DNA from: Rhodothermales bacterium
Lineage (GTDB): Bacteria; Bacteroidota; Rhodothermia; Rhodothermales; DATKEJ01
Length of the DNA stretch: 64,000 nucleotides
Assembly (NCBI GenBank): GCA_965250215.1
Contig: CBDFNN010000004.1
Location: forward strand, 2,232,999 to 2,296,998
Direction of reading: 5' to 3'
This document shows, one piece after another, positions 19,582 through 30,415 of the stretch. Numbering within the stretch: the stretch's first letter is position 1; every line of letters starts with the position of its first letter. The notes beneath the pieces were generated by a model, which saw only the letters and a list, made by a program, of their open reading frames with translations, did no database searches and was not told where the DNA came from. A program made the position numbers and the translations under genes.

Positions 19582-20355
19582 ATGAGTCCGAATTCAGAGT
19601 CACTCTTTACCCTGGAAGGTCGTACGGCCTTGATCACAGGAAGTACAAAAGGTCTTGGCAAAACCATGGCTTTCGCTCTTGGAAGAGCCGGCGCGAAAGT
19701 AGCACTGAACTATTTTCATGACTCGGAAAAAGCTGAGGAAACCCTCACAGAATTCAAAGCGCTAGGTCTTGTCGGGATGGTCTATCAGGCAGACGTGACA
19801 GATGAAACTGAAGTTAATGCTTTGGTAAAGAAAGTCGAGGCAGATTTAGGTGGAGTCGATATTCTAGTTCTCAATGCCACACCAGATCAACCTCACAAAG
19901 CTATCGAGGATTACGACTGGGAATTCTATCAGAGTATGTTGGACTTCTTTATTAAGAGTCCTTTCCTTTTGACACGAGGGGTCTTAGCTCACATGAAGGC
20001 ACAGAAATGGGGTAGGATAATCAATATCGGATCCGAAGTATTTCATCTAGGCGTTCCCAATTTCAGTGCCTATGTTGCTGCAAAAGGTGGTCAGAATGGT
20101 TGGTCAAGGAGCATGTCTCGTGAGTTGATACCCTTCGGGATCAATGTAAATATGATTTCACCTGGCTGGATTCCTGTTGAGCGACACGTCAAAGATCCGC
20201 AATCTGTAAAGGACCAATACTTAAGGGAAGTGCCTGCCGGTCGGTGGGGCTTTCCTCAGGATCTGGAGGGAGTGATTACCTTCTTGGCAAGTGAGTCATC
20301 GTCTTTTATTGTTGGTCAAAATATTCACGTAAATGGCGGCATGACCGTCTTTTAA
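19582..20355 (+). CDS. SDR family oxidoreductase (FabG-like)
   Basis: Cofactor motif ITGSTKGLGKT, NIGS and catalytic YVAAKGG (YxxxK). Confidence 0.85.
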   Translation: MSPNSESLFTLEGRTALITGSTKGLGKTMAFALGRAGAKVALNYFHDSEKAEETLTEFKALGLVGMVYQADVTDETEVNALVKKVEADLGGVDILVLNATPDQPHKAIEDYDWEFYQSMLDFFIKSPFLLTRGVLAHMKAQKWGRIINIGSEVFHLGVPNFSAYVAAKGGQNGWSRSMSRELIPFGINVNMISPGWIPVERHVKDPQSVKDQYLREVPAGRWGFPQDLEGVITFLASESSSFIVGQNIHVNGGMTVF

Positions 20356-20363
20356 AGAGTGCT

Positions 20364-21377
20364 ATGAAAAAGCTAATAATCCTTTTATCGAGTTTCGCAA
20401 TATTCGCCTGCGCAGACAAGTCGGCGGAAGTTCAAGGCGACTCAGACACGGTATCTTTAGCCTTCGTTTCCAATGGGGTGAATCCATTTTGGGACATGGC
20501 TGCAAAAGGTGTCAAAGACGCTTCAGAAGAATTCAATGCGACGACCGAGGTCTTACTTCCCCCTGAAGGAATAACGGACCAAAAGAGAATGATAGAGGCA
20601 GCTCTGACAAAGGGCGTTCAGGGCATAGCGATGAGTCCGATTGATGCCGTTAATCAGGAATCGTTTATTAATGAAGTTGCCGCCATTACGCCTCTCATTA
20701 CGCAAGACTCTGATGCGCCCAACACAAACCGTCTTTGCTTCATCGGTATGAATAACTATCTAGCAGGACGTGCAGCGGGGAAGATGATTAAAGAAGTTGC
20801 GCCAGAGGGTGGAGAAGTGATGATGTTTGTTGGTCGACTTGAGCAGCTCAATTCTCAGCAGAGGCGTCAAGGAGTCATTGATGAACTATTCGATAGGCCT
20901 GAACAGGCTTTGCTATCTATGTCATTCGATCCTAATGACGGTGCCATAGTCGGATCCAATTACACAATTCTCGACACACGGACAGACAATTTCGATTACT
21001 CTCGAGCGAAATCAAATGCTGAAGATGCAATCACTGCCTATCCAAATCTGAAAGTGATGGTAGGATTATTCGTTTACAATACTCCCAGCAATCTTGGTGC
21101 ATTGCGCGAGGCGGATAAGCTTGGAGAAGTCAAATTGGTGAGCTTTGATGAGGCCGATGAAACATTGCAAGGAATACTAGACGGACATGTCCAAGGTACC
21201 ATCAGCCAGCAACCCTATCAGTATGGATACGAATCTGTCCGAATTCTCAGTGCACTGGCAAGGGGTGACAACTCGGTTCTGCCTGAGAGCGGCTTTCTTG
21301 AGGTTCCTATTATAGAAGTGCGAAAGGAAAACGCACAGACTTTCTGGGACGAAGTCAAAGCACTTCAGACAAAATAA
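20364..21377 (+). CDS. Sugar ABC transporter substrate-binding lipoprotein (RbsB/periplasmic-binding type I)
   Basis: Lipobox SSFAIFAC. Then VSNGVNPFWDMAAKGVKDA and the general PBP type I pattern. It is first in a three-gene ABC operon. Confidence 0.75.
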   Translation: MKKLIILLSSFAIFACADKSAEVQGDSDTVSLAFVSNGVNPFWDMAAKGVKDASEEFNATTEVLLPPEGITDQKRMIEAALTKGVQGIAMSPIDAVNQESFINEVAAITPLITQDSDAPNTNRLCFIGMNNYLAGRAAGKMIKEVAPEGGEVMMFVGRLEQLNSQQRRQGVIDELFDRPEQALLSMSFDPNDGAIVGSNYTILDTRTDNFDYSRAKSNAEDAITAYPNLKVMVGLFVYNTPSNLGALREADKLGEVKLVSFDEADETLQGILDGHVQGTISQQPYQYGYESVRILSALARGDNSVLPESGFLEVPIIEVRKENAQTFWDEVKALQTK

Positions 21378-22870
21378 TGTCTGAACTCATTCGAGCCCTT
21401 GATTTATCTAAAAGCTATCCCGGAGTAAAGGCTCTGGACCAAGTATCCGTAAGCGTAAACACTGGAGAGATCCTGGCTATCGTTGGAGAAAACGGCGCGG
21501 GAAAATCTACTCTCATGAAGATCCTAGCTGGTCTTGTTCGCGCCGATGAAGGATCCATCTTTTTTGAAGGCGAACCCTGTGAAATGCTAAATGCGAGGGA
21601 TGCACTGGATCGAGGGATTGCGCTCATACATCAGGAGCTTAATCTTGCTCCAGATCTCTCGGTTGCTGAAAATATATTTTTGGGTCATGAACCGATGAAG
21701 GGAGTCTTCATTCGCCGTAAAGAAATGCTAAGCCAATCTAAAATACTTCTGGAGAAGGTCGGCTTGACTGTAGAACCCGATCACAAAGTCGCAGAACTAA
21801 CGATCGGAAAACAGCAGCTAGTTGAGATAGCGAAGGCTCTTTCATACGAGGCCAAACTGCTCATCTTTGATGAACCAAGTTCAAGTCTATCGCAGCAAGA
21901 AACGGATTTGTTGCTACTCTTAATTCAAGAATTGAAGGCCCGAGGAATCGGGATAGTCTATATCTCTCATAGGCTGAAAGAGGTAGAAGCAATTGCAGAT
22001 CGGGTAGTCGTCCTTAAGGATGGTCAGTATCAGGGAGAAGTTGAGAGGAAAGATATCAGCAAAGAGCGCTTGGTTGCCATGATGGTTGGACGAGATATTT
22101 CCTTTGAAGAACGTGACGGAGAAGATATTGGTGTTGAATTGATTGAACTAAAGGAAGTATCTACTAAAGAATATCCTAGTGGCCAGATATCGCTTCAAAT
22201 CAAGCGTGGGGAGATTGTAGGAATCGCGGGACTCGTAGGAGCGGGGCGAACAAGTCTCCTCGAAGCCATGTTTGGTCTCGATCCATTTCTACAAGGTCAA
22301 GTGATCTTCAATGGAAAATCCGTGGTTCTAAGAAGCACAAAGCAAGCTTTGGACCTTGGAATCGGCCTAGTGCCAGAGGATCGTAAGCAAAATGGCCTTT
22401 TTCTTACGAAAACAATTGCTGAAAATGTGGTCATTACTAGTTTGGCAAAGGATTCAAGCTTGAGTTTACTCGATAATAAGAATCAAAGTACCCTGGCTAA
22501 GAGGGCGATAGATAATTTTTCTATTGCCTGTCGGTCTGAAAATGATCTGTCTAATACGCTCTCTGGCGGTAATCAACAAAAAATCGTCCTAGCCAAATGG
22601 ATTGAATTGAATCCAGCACTTCTTCTTTTAGATGAGCCGACTAGGGGAGTAGATGTAGGTGCCAAACAGGAGATATATGAGCTTCTTAGAATTCAAGCTT
22701 CAAAAGGTACAGGTATACTGTTCGCTTCCAGCGATCTTGAGGAAATTTTGCGATTCTCTGACAGGGTTCTTGTAATGCGCCAAGGTAATATGGTAGGTGA
22801 TTTGAGATCGGACGAGATTAGCGAGGAGTCCATAATGTCTCTTGCTACCGGGACTGGTAAAGCAGCATGA
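21377..22870 (+). CDS. Sugar ABC transporter ATP-binding protein with duplicated NBDs (RbsA/MglA type)
   Basis: Walker A GENGAGKST and GLVGAGRTS, signature LSGGNQQK, Walker B LLIFDEPSS and LLLLDEPTRG. The start overlaps the upstream stop (TAATG). Confidence 0.9.
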   Translation: MSELIRALDLSKSYPGVKALDQVSVSVNTGEILAIVGENGAGKSTLMKILAGLVRADEGSIFFEGEPCEMLNARDALDRGIALIHQELNLAPDLSVAENIFLGHEPMKGVFIRRKEMLSQSKILLEKVGLTVEPDHKVAELTIGKQQLVEIAKALSYEAKLLIFDEPSSSLSQQETDLLLLLIQELKARGIGIVYISHRLKEVEAIADRVVVLKDGQYQGEVERKDISKERLVAMMVGRDISFEERDGEDIGVELIELKEVSTKEYPSGQISLQIKRGEIVGIAGLVGAGRTSLLEAMFGLDPFLQGQVIFNGKSVVLRSTKQALDLGIGLVPEDRKQNGLFLTKTIAENVVITSLAKDSSLSLLDNKNQSTLAKRAIDNFSIACRSENDLSNTLSGGNQQKIVLAKWIELNPALLLLDEPTRGVDVGAKQEIYELLRIQASKGTGILFASSDLEEILRFSDRVLVMRQGNMVGDLRSDEISEESIMSLATGTGKAA

Positions 22871-23820
22871 AAAAAATACTTGGCATATTAGGTCTGTTAG
22901 TATTTGTCGTCGCGACAACGGCCTTTCTAGAGCCGAAATTCTTTAATGCTTACAATATCCAAAACACCATTCGATGGACCTCGCTCTTTGGAATTCTTAG
23001 TATTGGAGCTGCTTTCGTAATAATGACCAGTGGAATCGATCTGTCTAGTGGTTCCGTTGTCGGGCTCACTGGTGCAAGTTTAGCACTAATGCTTGGCGGA
23101 GGATCTTGGAGCATTGGGGGTGCGCTTTTCGTCATTCTATTGATGTCCTTGTTCATCGGACTTTTCCATGGCCTCCTCATTACCAAGCTTCGTCTCCAAC
23201 CCTTTATTGTGACTCTTTGCGGACTTCTTTTCTATCGTGGGCTTGCTAGATTTGTGACTGAAGATCAAAGCCAAGGCTTTGGTACCGATTTCGATGGATT
23301 ACGAAGTCTGGCCATAGGTAAGATCCCGATCAGTGATTCATTTTCTCTTCCTGTTCCATTTCTTATTCTAGTCGTAGTTGGGATAACGGCGTCGATCTTT
23401 CTGAATCGAACCAATTATGGGCGATACATTTTGGCTGTCGGAAGCAATGAAAATGCCGCCCGATACTCAGGAATCAATGTCGACAGGGTCAAAATTGTCG
23501 CTTACGTGATTTCGGCTTTTTTGGCAGGACTTGCTGGAGTACTTTTTTCGCTTGACGTCAACTCGGTCCAACCTGTTGCCTTTGGGAATTTCTACGAGCT
23601 CTACGCCATTGCTGCGGCAGTTCTCGGGGGATGTAGCCTTCGAGGTGGCGAGGGATCGATACTGGGGGTTATCATCGCTGCGGCGGTCCTGCGGGTTCTC
23701 TACAACGCTATCAACATTCTCGGCATTCCTACGAGGTTGGAATTCGCCGTCATTGGGGCTGTCATATTGATTGGTGTGGCGGTCGATGAAATGGTTCGGC
23801 GTAGAATGTCAAAGAGTTAG
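22867..23820 (+). CDS. Sugar ABC transporter permease (RbsC/AraH type)
   Basis: Polytopic. Motifs TSGIDLSSGSV and GGCSLRGGEGSILG are typical of the family. There is a 4-nt overlap with the ATPase gene. Confidence 0.85.
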   Translation: MKKILGILGLLVFVVATTAFLEPKFFNAYNIQNTIRWTSLFGILSIGAAFVIMTSGIDLSSGSVVGLTGASLALMLGGGSWSIGGALFVILLMSLFIGLFHGLLITKLRLQPFIVTLCGLLFYRGLARFVTEDQSQGFGTDFDGLRSLAIGKIPISDSFSLPVPFLILVVVGITASIFLNRTNYGRYILAVGSNENAARYSGINVDRVKIVAYVISAFLAGLAGVLFSLDVNSVQPVAFGNFYELYAIAAAVLGGCSLRGGEGSILGVIIAAAVLRVLYNAINILGIPTRLEFAVIGAVILIGVAVDEMVRRRMSKS

Positions 23821-23996
23821 GGATTTCCAGCTCTTGGCGAAGCTTACTCGATATTGAAGGGCCACAATAGCTTGGCCCAAATGAGTTTCATTCGACAACC
23901 CTAGCTGTTTCGTCTCTTCCTAATTATTTCGCTTGTCTATTTTATAATTCCGAGGGAAATTAACTGGATTAACTAACCTAAACCCACATTTACTAA

Positions 23997-25280
23997 ATGA
24001 GCATTATTTCTGAAATTCGCGGCCGGCAAATTCTTGACAGTAGGGGAAATCCTACCGTGGAGGTAGATGTTCATACCGTAAATGGTCACCTTGGACGTGC
24101 AGCTGTTCCGAGCGGAGCTTCGACAGGAGAATATGAAGCTGTTGAGTTGAGAGACGGTGACAAAGAAGTCTACATGGGCAAAGGCGTCATGAAAGCCGTC
24201 AACAATATCAATTCTGAGATTGCAACACACTTGCTGTCACATTCGGTATTTGATCAGGTAGGCATTGACCATGCTATGATTGAGCTTGACGGTACCCCAA
24301 ATAAAGGTCGTCTTGGAGCAAATGCTCTACTTGGTGTCTCGCTTGCCGTTTCTAGAGCGGCTGCCGCCGAAATGCAGATGCCATATTTCAAATATTTAGG
24401 AGGCGTGAACGCGCGGACGCTTCCCGTTCCGATGATGAATATTATCAACGGCGGTCAGCATGCAGACAATAGCGTTGACATGCAAGAGTTTATGGTTATG
24501 CCCACAGGAGCATCGACCTTCGCTGAATCACTTCAAATGGGTGTAGCAACTTTCCATCATCTGAAAGCCGTTTTGAAGAAGAAGGGCTATCAAACAGCCG
24601 TAGGAGACGAGGGCGGATTTGCGCCTAACCTTCGATCCAATGAAGAGGCCATTGAAGTCATTCTAGAGGCGATTACCAAAGCTGGATATACGGCTGGAAA
24701 GGACATGTATATCGCTCTTGACCCCGCGGTAAGCGAAATGGTGCAAGATGGTCATTATGTATTCTGGAAGAGCGCCCCAGACAAAAAGCTCAATAGCGAA
24801 GAAATGGTTGCATTCTGGAAGAGCTGGGTTGATCAATACCCAATTATTTCAATTGAGGACGGAATGGGTGAGAATGATTGGGATGGGTGGAAGTTATTGA
24901 ATGACACTGTCGGCGACAGAGTTCAACTAGTTGGAGACGACTTGTTTGTTACAAATAGCGAAAGACTTGGAAAGGGAATTCAGATGGGTGCGGCCAACTC
25001 AATCCTCATAAAATTAAACCAGATTGGGACTTTGACGGAGACTCTGAATGCAATTGAATTGGCGCATCGCCACAAATACACCTGCGTTATCAGTCATCGA
25101 TCAGGTGAAACCGCAGATTCGACAATTGCAGACCTGGCCGTTGCAACCAATGCAGGCCAGATCAAAACTGGATCAGCAAGTCGAAGTGATAGACTTGCGA
25201 AGTACAATCAACTGTTAAGGATTGAAGAGCAACTGGGAAGCAGCGCGTTTTTTCCAGGAATGAGCACTTTCAAGATCTAA
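23997..25280 (+). CDS. eno: Enolase
   Basis: [37 protein letters not shown] and [17 protein letters not shown]. Confidence 0.97.
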   Translation: MSIISEIRGRQILDSRGNPTVEVDVHTVNGHLGRAAVPSGASTGEYEAVELRDGDKEVYMGKGVMKAVNNINSEIATHLLSHSVFDQVGIDHAMIELDGTPNKGRLGANALLGVSLAVSRAAAAEMQMPYFKYLGGVNARTLPVPMMNIINGGQHADNSVDMQEFMVMPTGASTFAESLQMGVATFHHLKAVLKKKGYQTAVGDEGGFAPNLRSNEEAIEVILEAITKAGYTAGKDMYIALDPAVSEMVQDGHYVFWKSAPDKKLNSEEMVAFWKSWVDQYPIISIEDGMGENDWDGWKLLNDTVGDRVQLVGDDLFVTNSERLGKGIQMGAANSILIKLNQIGTLTETLNAIELAHRHKYTCVISHRSGETADSTIADLAVATNAGQIKTGSASRSDRLAKYNQLLRIEEQLGSSAFFPGMSTFKI

Positions 25281-25286
25281 GCCCAA

Positions 25287-25589
25287 ATGTTGTCAGATTC
25301 TCCGAAGCGTTCTCTAAAAGGCTACATCTTAGCCCTTGTTCTACTTTCATTGCTAGTTTGGGTAGCTTTTTTCGACAGCCATAGTGTTGTTGGAAGGTAT
25401 CGATGGTCAAGCGAGCTAGAAGAGTTGAAAAAGGAGAACGCGGAGCTGACGCGGCAGAATAGAGAACTTCAGGAACAGCTCGATACACCGGTTTCTGACG
25501 AAGACATCGAGACTATCGCCAGAACACAATATGGGATGTCGAAAGAAGGCGAGGTCGTTTATAAAGTCGAAAAAAAGGACGATAATTGA
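25287..25589 (+). CDS. Septum formation initiator family protein (FtsB/DivIC-like)
   Basis: Single N-terminal TM followed by the coiled coil ELEELKKENAELTRQNRELQEQL, then IETIARTQYGMSKEGE. Confidence 0.7.
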   Translation: MLSDSPKRSLKGYILALVLLSLLVWVAFFDSHSVVGRYRWSSELEELKKENAELTRQNRELQEQLDTPVSDEDIETIARTQYGMSKEGEVVYKVEKKDDN

Positions 25590-26527
25590 GCAAAGGTCGA
25601 TACTCGGTAGGTGTAGATCTTGGAGGCACAAGCATGAAGTTTTGTGTCCTTGAGGAAGGAAAAGGTGCCGTAAGTGAGCATCGCATGGTTACCAAAGCGA
25701 GCGAAGGCCCCTCACATCTTCTAGATGAGATAGTTGAAGGGATCAGGAAATGTGAGCAACAAGGGATTTCCATTTCAGGTGTCGGAATTGGGGCGCCCGG
25801 GACAGTTAATCTAGAGCGAACAACCATAGAATGTCCACCAAACCTTCCAGGTTGGGACCGTGTCAATGTAAAAGAAGAGATTCAGAAGCGGCTCCCTAGT
25901 GTTCAAAATATTGTCGTTGACAATGATGCGAATGCTGCGGCGATTGGTTCTGCCTATTACGGAGTAGCCAAAGAAATAGACTCATTTTTAATGGTCACCC
26001 TTGGGACCGGTGTTGGCGGTGCAATTGTTCACGAAGGAAAGCTGTTTCGTGGAGCCTATGGTGGAGCAGGAGAGTTCGGACATGTAATCATTGACTACGA
26101 TGGTCCAGACTCGAATTCTGGTATTCAAGGAGTTGTCGAGGCCTACGTGGGTCAGCGCTATCTTTCCGATTTTGCATCTAAAAGCGCTTTGAGAAATGAA
26201 TCGAGCTCTTTGAACAGTCTTGAATCGATTGATCCTAGGACCATACATAACGAAGCCAGAAAAGGCGACGATCTGGCGATAGAGATTTTGCAATGGGCGG
26301 GGCACAAACTAGGTGTTGCCTTAGGTTCGATCGTAAACATCTTAAGCATACCAACGATTGTTGTAGCCGGCGGAGTGGCAAATGCAGGGGACTATATATT
26401 AGATCCGATGTTTGAATCGTTAAAACAAAACGCGGTGCGCGGGTTGACCAATCAGCTGAAAATACTGAGAGAAACTAGACCTGGCCAGGTAGGTATGCTC
26501 GGGGCGGCGCATCTAATTTTCGAATAG
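25586..26527 (+). CDS. glk: ROK family glucokinase
   Basis: TTG start overlapping the upstream stop. GVDLGGTSMKF, DNDANAAAIG, GTGVGGAIV and GGAGEFGH. Confidence 0.85.
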   Translation: MSKGRYSVGVDLGGTSMKFCVLEEGKGAVSEHRMVTKASEGPSHLLDEIVEGIRKCEQQGISISGVGIGAPGTVNLERTTIECPPNLPGWDRVNVKEEIQKRLPSVQNIVVDNDANAAAIGSAYYGVAKEIDSFLMVTLGTGVGGAIVHEGKLFRGAYGGAGEFGHVIIDYDGPDSNSGIQGVVEAYVGQRYLSDFASKSALRNESSSLNSLESIDPRTIHNEARKGDDLAIEILQWAGHKLGVALGSIVNILSIPTIVVAGGVANAGDYILDPMFESLKQNAVRGLTNQLKILRETRPGQVGMLGAAHLIFE

Positions 26528-26612
26528 TACACTTTGATTATTATTGACCATCACCTTTTTTCTAGTTGAGCAATATCGAAAAACCCACTCGGGTTTTGGT
26601 GCCGCTCCCTGG

Positions 26613-29312
26613 ATGGTCTACGCATTTACTGTACTTGTATTCTTTCTCGGACCAAGGAATATTCTTGGGCAAGAGATCGATACCCTTTCTGTTAAAGTCA
26701 GCCCTCCGGATTCTTTACTCGTGTCACCAGTTGACAGCCTCCGCTTTCTCGGTCAGACGGATGACTCAACGAGTACTCGCATAGGCGACCTTGGTGATAA
26801 TTCTGGAAGTAAAGGGCCGATTCATTTCTCTTCCGAAGATTCATTAGTCATAAGCCTGGGCGATTCCACTCGAATAAGTGAGTTGTTCGGGAAGGCTTCC
26901 GTCAAGAGCGATGAATATGAATTGAATGCTGGTTACATCGGCCTTGATATCGACTCTCAGACCATTAGATCAAAATCTGGTCCAGATGGAGGTCGTCCGA
27001 GTTTCAAGAAAGGAGAAGAATCATTCTCTGGAAATGAAATTCAGTACGACATGGAGAATTCTCGAGGTCGAGTCGTGGGTTCAAGGGCCATATTTGATAA
27101 TGCCTATGTCTATGGACATACAAGTAAACAATTTGGCGACTCTCTCTTATTTATCGAGAACGCGATGTATACAACCTGTGATCATGAAGGCGATCCTCAC
27201 TATCACATAAGGGCATCTAAAATGAAGATCGTCGATAATAAGTGGATCTATACCGGGCCACTCCATATCCGGGTTTTTAATGTGCCCCTTCCATTCTGGC
27301 TACCATTCGGCTTTATTCCAGCCACGGAAGGGCGTCGAAGCGGACCACTTCCGCCGACCTATGGAGAAGATGAACGTGGTTTCTATTTGCAAGACTTCGG
27401 TTGGTATTGGGCGATGAATGATTACATGGACTTTCAGGTGAAAGGCGGGTTATGGTCTCTTGGTAGTTTTCGGGTGAACCCTTTATATCGATACGCGAAG
27501 AGGTACAATTTTTCAGGGCAGTTGGGAATTGACTATGTCAATGAGCGTGTTGGGTATGAAAGAGATCCAGATGCGGCAAAAATCCGACGAAATACCTGGT
27601 CGTTCCGGATGAAGCACAATCAAGAAATAAGTCCGTCTAGTAAACTGAATGCAAATGTCAACTTCTCGACGACGTCCTATTTGAGAACAGTTGCCAGAGA
27701 CTACAATAGTCAGGTTAGGCAGGATATTTCGTCTAACGTTAACTATAGCAAGCGCTGGTCGAGTGGTAGAAGCCTTTCAGTAAGTAGTCAACAGCGTCAG
27801 TCCTTAACAAATGGATCAGTAAGCCTGACCTTACCCTCCGTTAGCTTTAGCCAGAGGACAAGTAATCCATTTAAAAGAGCCAAGGCGGCAGGACGTTCAG
27901 AGGCTTGGTACGAAAAGATCTCCCTAGGCTACTCAAGCAGATTAAATAATAGATATCAGTTTACGAGAGATGAGGCCCTAGACAGCCTTAGTGAGATTTC
28001 GTGGTTTGAGGCCTTGTTGGATGGAGATGAGTTTGCAAGGGCGACTGGCCAGATGGCAAATGAACGCTTCGATTTCTCAGCATCGCACAATATTCCCATA
28101 AATGCTCCTTTTTCCATACAGAGACTGCCTTTCACGGATAAGGCATTCAGGCTCAATATCACACCAAGCATTCGATACACTGAGGATTGGTACTTAAACT
28201 CAGACCGAAAAAGCTATAATAGCTCAACAAACGCTGTTACAAGTACGACTGTGTCGGGCTTTACGTCGATTCGAAAAATTCAGGGCTCATTGAATGCCAA
28301 TACAGAATTTTACGGCACTTTTCCTTTGAGACTTGGGCCTCTTAGTGGGCTCCGACACATCGTCAGACCAACTCTTTCCTACTCTTTTCAGCCGGACTAC
28401 CAAAAGGCGCCCTTCGACTATTTTAGGAGTTACACAAATGCTGATGGGGAGGAAGTGTTTTATCCCATTAGAAGTGGAATATCAGCGCAGGACAACAGCA
28501 ATATCAACTTCGGAATTGGAAATGTATTTCAATCCAGAACAGCCAATCCCGATAGTAGCTCCAGTAAGGCCTTCAGGACATTCCAGCTTCTAAACTTGGA
28601 TTTGGCGTCTGGTTACCGAGCATCGGCAGATTCCCTTAAGTGGCAGGCACTTCGGGTAACAGGCCGGACAAGAATCACCGATCAGCTAGACTTGAACTTT
28701 AGCTCGAATTTTGATCCCTATCAGATAAACGAACTGGGAAGAAAATTCAATGCCGCCTATTCAAATAGGCTTGGACTTCCATTTAGATTGACAAATTTCT
28801 CCCTTTCTGCTAGGACAAGTTTTCGCAGTAGTAGAAAATCGTCTACAGGTCAGCGACCTTTTTCTGGCACTGGCGATGCTTTTGGTTCGGGATTCGAAGC
28901 CAATGACGGTGCTCGCGACGCTTTTGAAGCTCAAAACTATAACACACCGGTAGGATATGCGGATTTTTCGATCCCTTGGTCACTGCGCTTTGATATGAAT
29001 TACACCTACTCAAAAAGCAGTCTTACCGCGGTGAGGCAAGCTACTGTAAATTCTAGCTTTGATGTATCAGTTACACCGAAATGGAAAGTCCAAGGTAGAT
29101 CAGGCTTTGACTTTATTCAAAAAGACGTTGTGACAACGAGTCTGTCTCTACTGCGAGATTTCCATGACTGGGAGATGGCAATTAACTGGATTCCCTTCGG
29201 ACGCTTTACCTCTTTCCAGTTCGATATTCATTTGAAAACGGGCCCATTGAAGGAATTTTTGAGATTTAGGCAACCAAACAAGGACATCAAGAATCGCTTC
29301 TCAGGCATTTAA
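26613..29312 (+). CDS. lptD: LptD-like LPS-assembly outer-membrane protein (OstA family, Bacteroidota-style long form)
   Basis: The ORF opens at TTG 26544. ATG 26613 gives a signal-like MVYAFTVLVFFLG. Also AMYTTCDHEGDPHYHIRASKMKI and NVPLPFWLPFGFIP, followed by a long beta-barrel-like region rich in alternating aromatic residues. Confidence 0.7.
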   Translation: MVYAFTVLVFFLGPRNILGQEIDTLSVKVSPPDSLLVSPVDSLRFLGQTDDSTSTRIGDLGDNSGSKGPIHFSSEDSLVISLGDSTRISELFGKASVKSDEYELNAGYIGLDIDSQTIRSKSGPDGGRPSFKKGEESFSGNEIQYDMENSRGRVVGSRAIFDNAYVYGHTSKQFGDSLLFIENAMYTTCDHEGDPHYHIRASKMKIVDNKWIYTGPLHIRVFNVPLPFWLPFGFIPATEGRRSGPLPPTYGEDERGFYLQDFGWYWAMNDYMDFQVKGGLWSLGSFRVNPLYRYAKRYNFSGQLGIDYVNERVGYERDPDAAKIRRNTWSFRMKHNQEISPSSKLNANVNFSTTSYLRTVARDYNSQVRQDISSNVNYSKRWSSGRSLSVSSQQRQSLTNGSVSLTLPSVSFSQRTSNPFKRAKAAGRSEAWYEKISLGYSSRLNNRYQFTRDEALDSLSEISWFEALLDGDEFARATGQMANERFDFSASHNIPINAPFSIQRLPFTDKAFRLNITPSIRYTEDWYLNSDRKSYNSSTNAVTSTTVSGFTSIRKIQGSLNANTEFYGTFPLRLGPLSGLRHIVRPTLSYSFQPDYQKAPFDYFRSYTNADGEEVFYPIRSGISAQDNSNINFGIGNVFQSRTANPDSSSSKAFRTFQLLNLDLASGYRASADSLKWQALRVTGRTRITDQLDLNFSSNFDPYQINELGRKFNAAYSNRLGLPFRLTNFSLSARTSFRSSRKSSTGQRPFSGTGDAFGSGFEANDGARDAFEAQNYNTPVGYADFSIPWSLRFDMNYTYSKSSLTAVRQATVNSSFDVSVTPKWKVQGRSGFDFIQKDVVTTSLSLLRDFHDWEMAINWIPFGRFTSFQFDIHLKTGPLKEFLRFRQPNKDIKNRFSGI

Positions 29313-29543
29313 CTATTAGTTCTGGAGTAACATCTTATGAGAAATAGATAAAGTTATACTTCAAGCTTAATTGAACTTTGTCCAAACAATTGATGCAGTC
29401 TGGGTCAATTAAATCCACTCTTTGAAACAGCGGGTATTAGCCTCTCGTTGAATCGAACAAGCGTCAGAAAGTGCATGGCGTGATAAACAGGTTGAATTTT
29501 CTCGGTAGCAACTAGAGAAGGAGAGACAAAAATTGATAACATT

Positions 29544-29852
29544 ATGCCAGCGGTATTAAGACAACCCCTTCAGTGGTGGTTTACGCTATCTGAGGTGTTA
29601 AGGGTTAAAGACGCCCGATCTCTTGCGGATAAGAAATTGGCAAGGAGAATCGCAGACGTTTTAGAGGGGCAACTAAGCGATCAGGACTCTCACAGTCTAA
29701 GTTTTTACGTAAGAGAATCCTCCGTTACGGTCTTTGGAAACGTTCGAGATAGAAAAGAAATGGATTTCGTTTTGGAATTGGTAAACAGAATTCCAGGAGT
29801 GAATTTCTGTAAATCCCATCTAAAAATTGTTCGAGAAGAGGACATATTTTAG
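29544..29852 (+). CDS. BON domain protein (small)
   Basis: SFYVRESSVTVFGNVRDRKEMDFVLELVNRIPGV fits the BON pattern V..G.V.L.G.V......a...a..v.GV. Confidence 0.5.
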   Translation: MPAVLRQPLQWWFTLSEVLRVKDARSLADKKLARRIADVLEGQLSDQDSHSLSFYVRESSVTVFGNVRDRKEMDFVLELVNRIPGVNFCKSHLKIVREEDIF

Positions 29853-29895
29853 GCCGACTCTTTCAAATTCCAAACGGAGCTCGGATCCGAGGCAT

Positions 29896-30312
29896 CTAGG
29901 CCTTCATCATCCAGGCATTCTGGACTTTCGAAAAACCAGCTTTGGCGTAGTATTGCGATTGGATTTGAGAGTCGCGCAACATCAGGTCTGTTCCCTTCGT
30001 TGCCTCTCTGACTTCCTTCAGTAATTTACGACCGACTCCCAGTCTTTGAACATCAGGCTCTACAGCTAGATCGCAGAGAAATGAGTGTTCGATTCCATCG
30101 CTTAGGACCCTTGCAATTCCGACAAGTCTGTCTTCCCACCAAGCTGAAACCACAAGCGACGACGACTGGTACATCGACCAAATGTCTTTTGGTCTCGTCG
30201 TGCGCCTGTTGAGCGGTGCTCGTCTATATAATGTTGCTATATTGCTAGCCGTCAAGCCTTCCAATCCTTCTCTAATCTGCAACGATTCTTCAATGTGTTC
30301 TCTTGAAATCAT
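29896..30312 (-). CDS. GNAT family N-acetyltransferase
   Basis: The acetyl-CoA motif DLAVEPDVQRLGVGRKLL fits the Q/RxxGxG/A pattern. Size is 138 aa. Confidence 0.8.
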   Translation of the reverse strand: MISREHIEESLQIREGLEGLTASNIATLYRRAPLNRRTTRPKDIWSMYQSSSLVVSAWWEDRLVGIARVLSDGIEHSFLCDLAVEPDVQRLGVGRKLLKEVREATKGTDLMLRDSQIQSQYYAKAGFSKVQNAWMMKA

Positions 30313-30415
30313 GTCTTATGCTTGGGTGTTTGATAGTAACTTGCCACTTTGATATATAATGTACGGTAATAGCTTATCCTTCGATATGCTTGCCCCCTTT
30401 TAAATTAGAATACCT

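Noticed and set aside
25513-25866. A 117-aa minus-strand ORF spanning the ftsB-like/glk junction.
   Set aside because: It is antisense to two well-supported genes. It has proline/arginine/serine-rich composition typical of antisense frames and no motif.
29876-29893. The palindrome CTCGGATCCGAG (29880..29891), embedded in GAGCTCGGATCC with adjacent SacI and BamHI sites. It resembles a cloning-vector polylinker fragment.
   Set aside because: Only about 12 nt match, and there is no flanking vector-like sequence. It sits exactly between the convergent BON-domain and GNAT genes, where a short hairpin is expected. I treat it as coincidence or a weak bidirectional hairpin.
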